Source: Myxococcales bacterium (lineage in GTDB: Bacteria; Myxococcota_A; Polyangia; Polyangiales; Polyangiaceae). From it: a stretch of DNA of 64,000 bases. Of this stretch, positions 63,217 through 64,000 are shown piece by piece. How positions within the stretch are numbered: the stretch's first letter is position 1; the number at the start of each line of letters is the position of its first letter. The position numbers and the translations under genes are program-made. The notes under the pieces were generated by a model. The model was not told where the DNA came from. It made no database searches and was given only the letters and a program-made list of their open reading frames with translations. Where the stretch lies: the NCBI GenBank assembly GCA_043747615.1, contig JAYTOU010000053.1, positions 64,001-128,000 of the forward strand, read 5' to 3'.

Positions 63217-64000
63217 CTAGTGCTTCTTCATCTCGTGGAGGCCGAGCGCGGCCGCCGGATCGATACGAAAGGCGGCGCCGACGGGACAGGCTGTGACGCA
63301 CGCGTAGTCGTCGAAGCCCGCGCACAGATCGCATTTCACCGCTTTGCGCTGCACCTTCGGCGACAGCTCGGCGAGCGCGCGATCCCGGGCGGCGGCACCA
63401 CCGAGAAAATCCATGAGGTTGAAGAGGAAGCTCCGCTTTGGCGGCTCAACGGCGTGCATGCTGATGTTGCCGTACGGACATCGCTCGGCGCAGGCCCCGC
63501 AGCCGATGCAGTTGTCCTCCACGATCGTGATCTCTCCACTCGGCAAACGGATGATCCCGTTCACGCTGCACAGCAGGCACACAGGATCGTCGCAGTGACG
63601 ACAGGCCGTCGGGAACATGAGGTTCTCGACCTGCAGCCCGCGGAGCTGAAGGCGACTGTACTTGTGTCTCCGCGCGCAGGCATCGACGCAGTTGTTGCAG
63701 AAGGTGCACTGGGTCTGATCGATCACCAAGACCTCGTGTCCCTTGGCGAGACCGGCGTCGACGAGCACGTCTTCGGAGAAGGCTTGGATCGTATTTGCCT
63801 GCCTTTTCCCGGGTGGCGGAAGGCCAAAGGCCGGAGAGCGCGCCGTGCGTTCCACCTCGAGTGCGCCGCTCATGAGGGCGCGGTGGGCGTCGGGATAGTG
63901 CTGGAGAACTTCGTGCATCGCTTTGCCGGAGACGCGGATGACCTCGGCGCGGCTGCTAGCCTGCACGCTGAAAAAATTTTGCCGCTCCCCCATGAGGAGC
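63217..64000 (-). CDS. cNMP-binding domain (partial) + 4x[4Fe-4S] DmsB/NrfC-like ferredoxin, 5' end outside the window
   Basis: Cys groups CTFCNNCVDAC, CRHCDDPVCLLC, CIGCGACAERCP, CDLC...CVTACP; the N-terminal SVQASSRAEVIRV...VLQHYP resembles the end of a cNMP domain; the frame is open to the window edge. Confidence 0.82.
   Translation of the reverse strand, partial: LLMGERQNFFSVQASSRAEVIRVSGKAMHEVLQHYPDAHRALMSGALEVERTARSPAFGLPPPGKRQANTIQAFSEDVLVDAGLAKGHEVLVIDQTQCTFCNNCVDACARRHKYSRLQLRGLQVENLMFPTACRHCDDPVCLLCSVNGIIRLPSGEITIVEDNCIGCGACAERCPYGNISMHAVEPPKRSFLFNLMDFLGGAAARDRALAELSPKVQRKAVKCDLCAGFDDYACVTACPVGAAFRIDPAAALGLHEMKKH

Overview
A gene-dense, GC-rich (roughly 65% by eye) chromosomal segment that reads like a Myxococcota (Polyangia/Sorangium-like) genome. 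This taxonomy is inferred from gene content: three Hanks-type Ser/Thr kinases, FHA and PP2C proteins, many TPR and Cys-rich lipoproteins, and a REC-DUF4388 protein. I support about 57 CDS. Housekeeping genes are ltaE, clpS-clpA, glgA, an RluA-family synthase, purH, purE-purK, galE and frmA/adhC. Other loci include a Dpp/Opp-type ABC locus without an ATPase, a cluster of three GT-C-like glycosyltransferases and several signalling genes. A FadR-type GntR regulator (838 to <1, minus strand), missed by the ORF track, has a perfect palindromic operator over its start. I saw no rRNA, tRNA, CRISPR array, transposase or integrase. The best candidates for undescribed systems are: (1) a minus-strand operon at the right edge (cNMP-binding/4x[4Fe-4S] protein, di-heme-b-like membrane domain fused to a pentaheme c domain, tiny lipoprotein, beta-propeller/di-heme peroxidase-like lipoprotein) that looks like a cyclic-nucleotide-controlled transmembrane electron conduit, next to two tandem cNMP-binding membrane proteins; (2) a chromosomal ParA with two N-terminal TRASH-like metal-binding domains, followed by a small ribbon-helix-helix-like partner and four 11-bp tandem repeats, a type-Ib-partition-like layout; (3) a ~40-bp motif with a covarying hairpin found upstream of two unrelated genes 37 kb apart; (4) a ~100-nt nested inverted-repeat element between convergent genes. 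All product calls come from motif recognition by eye; no database search was run.
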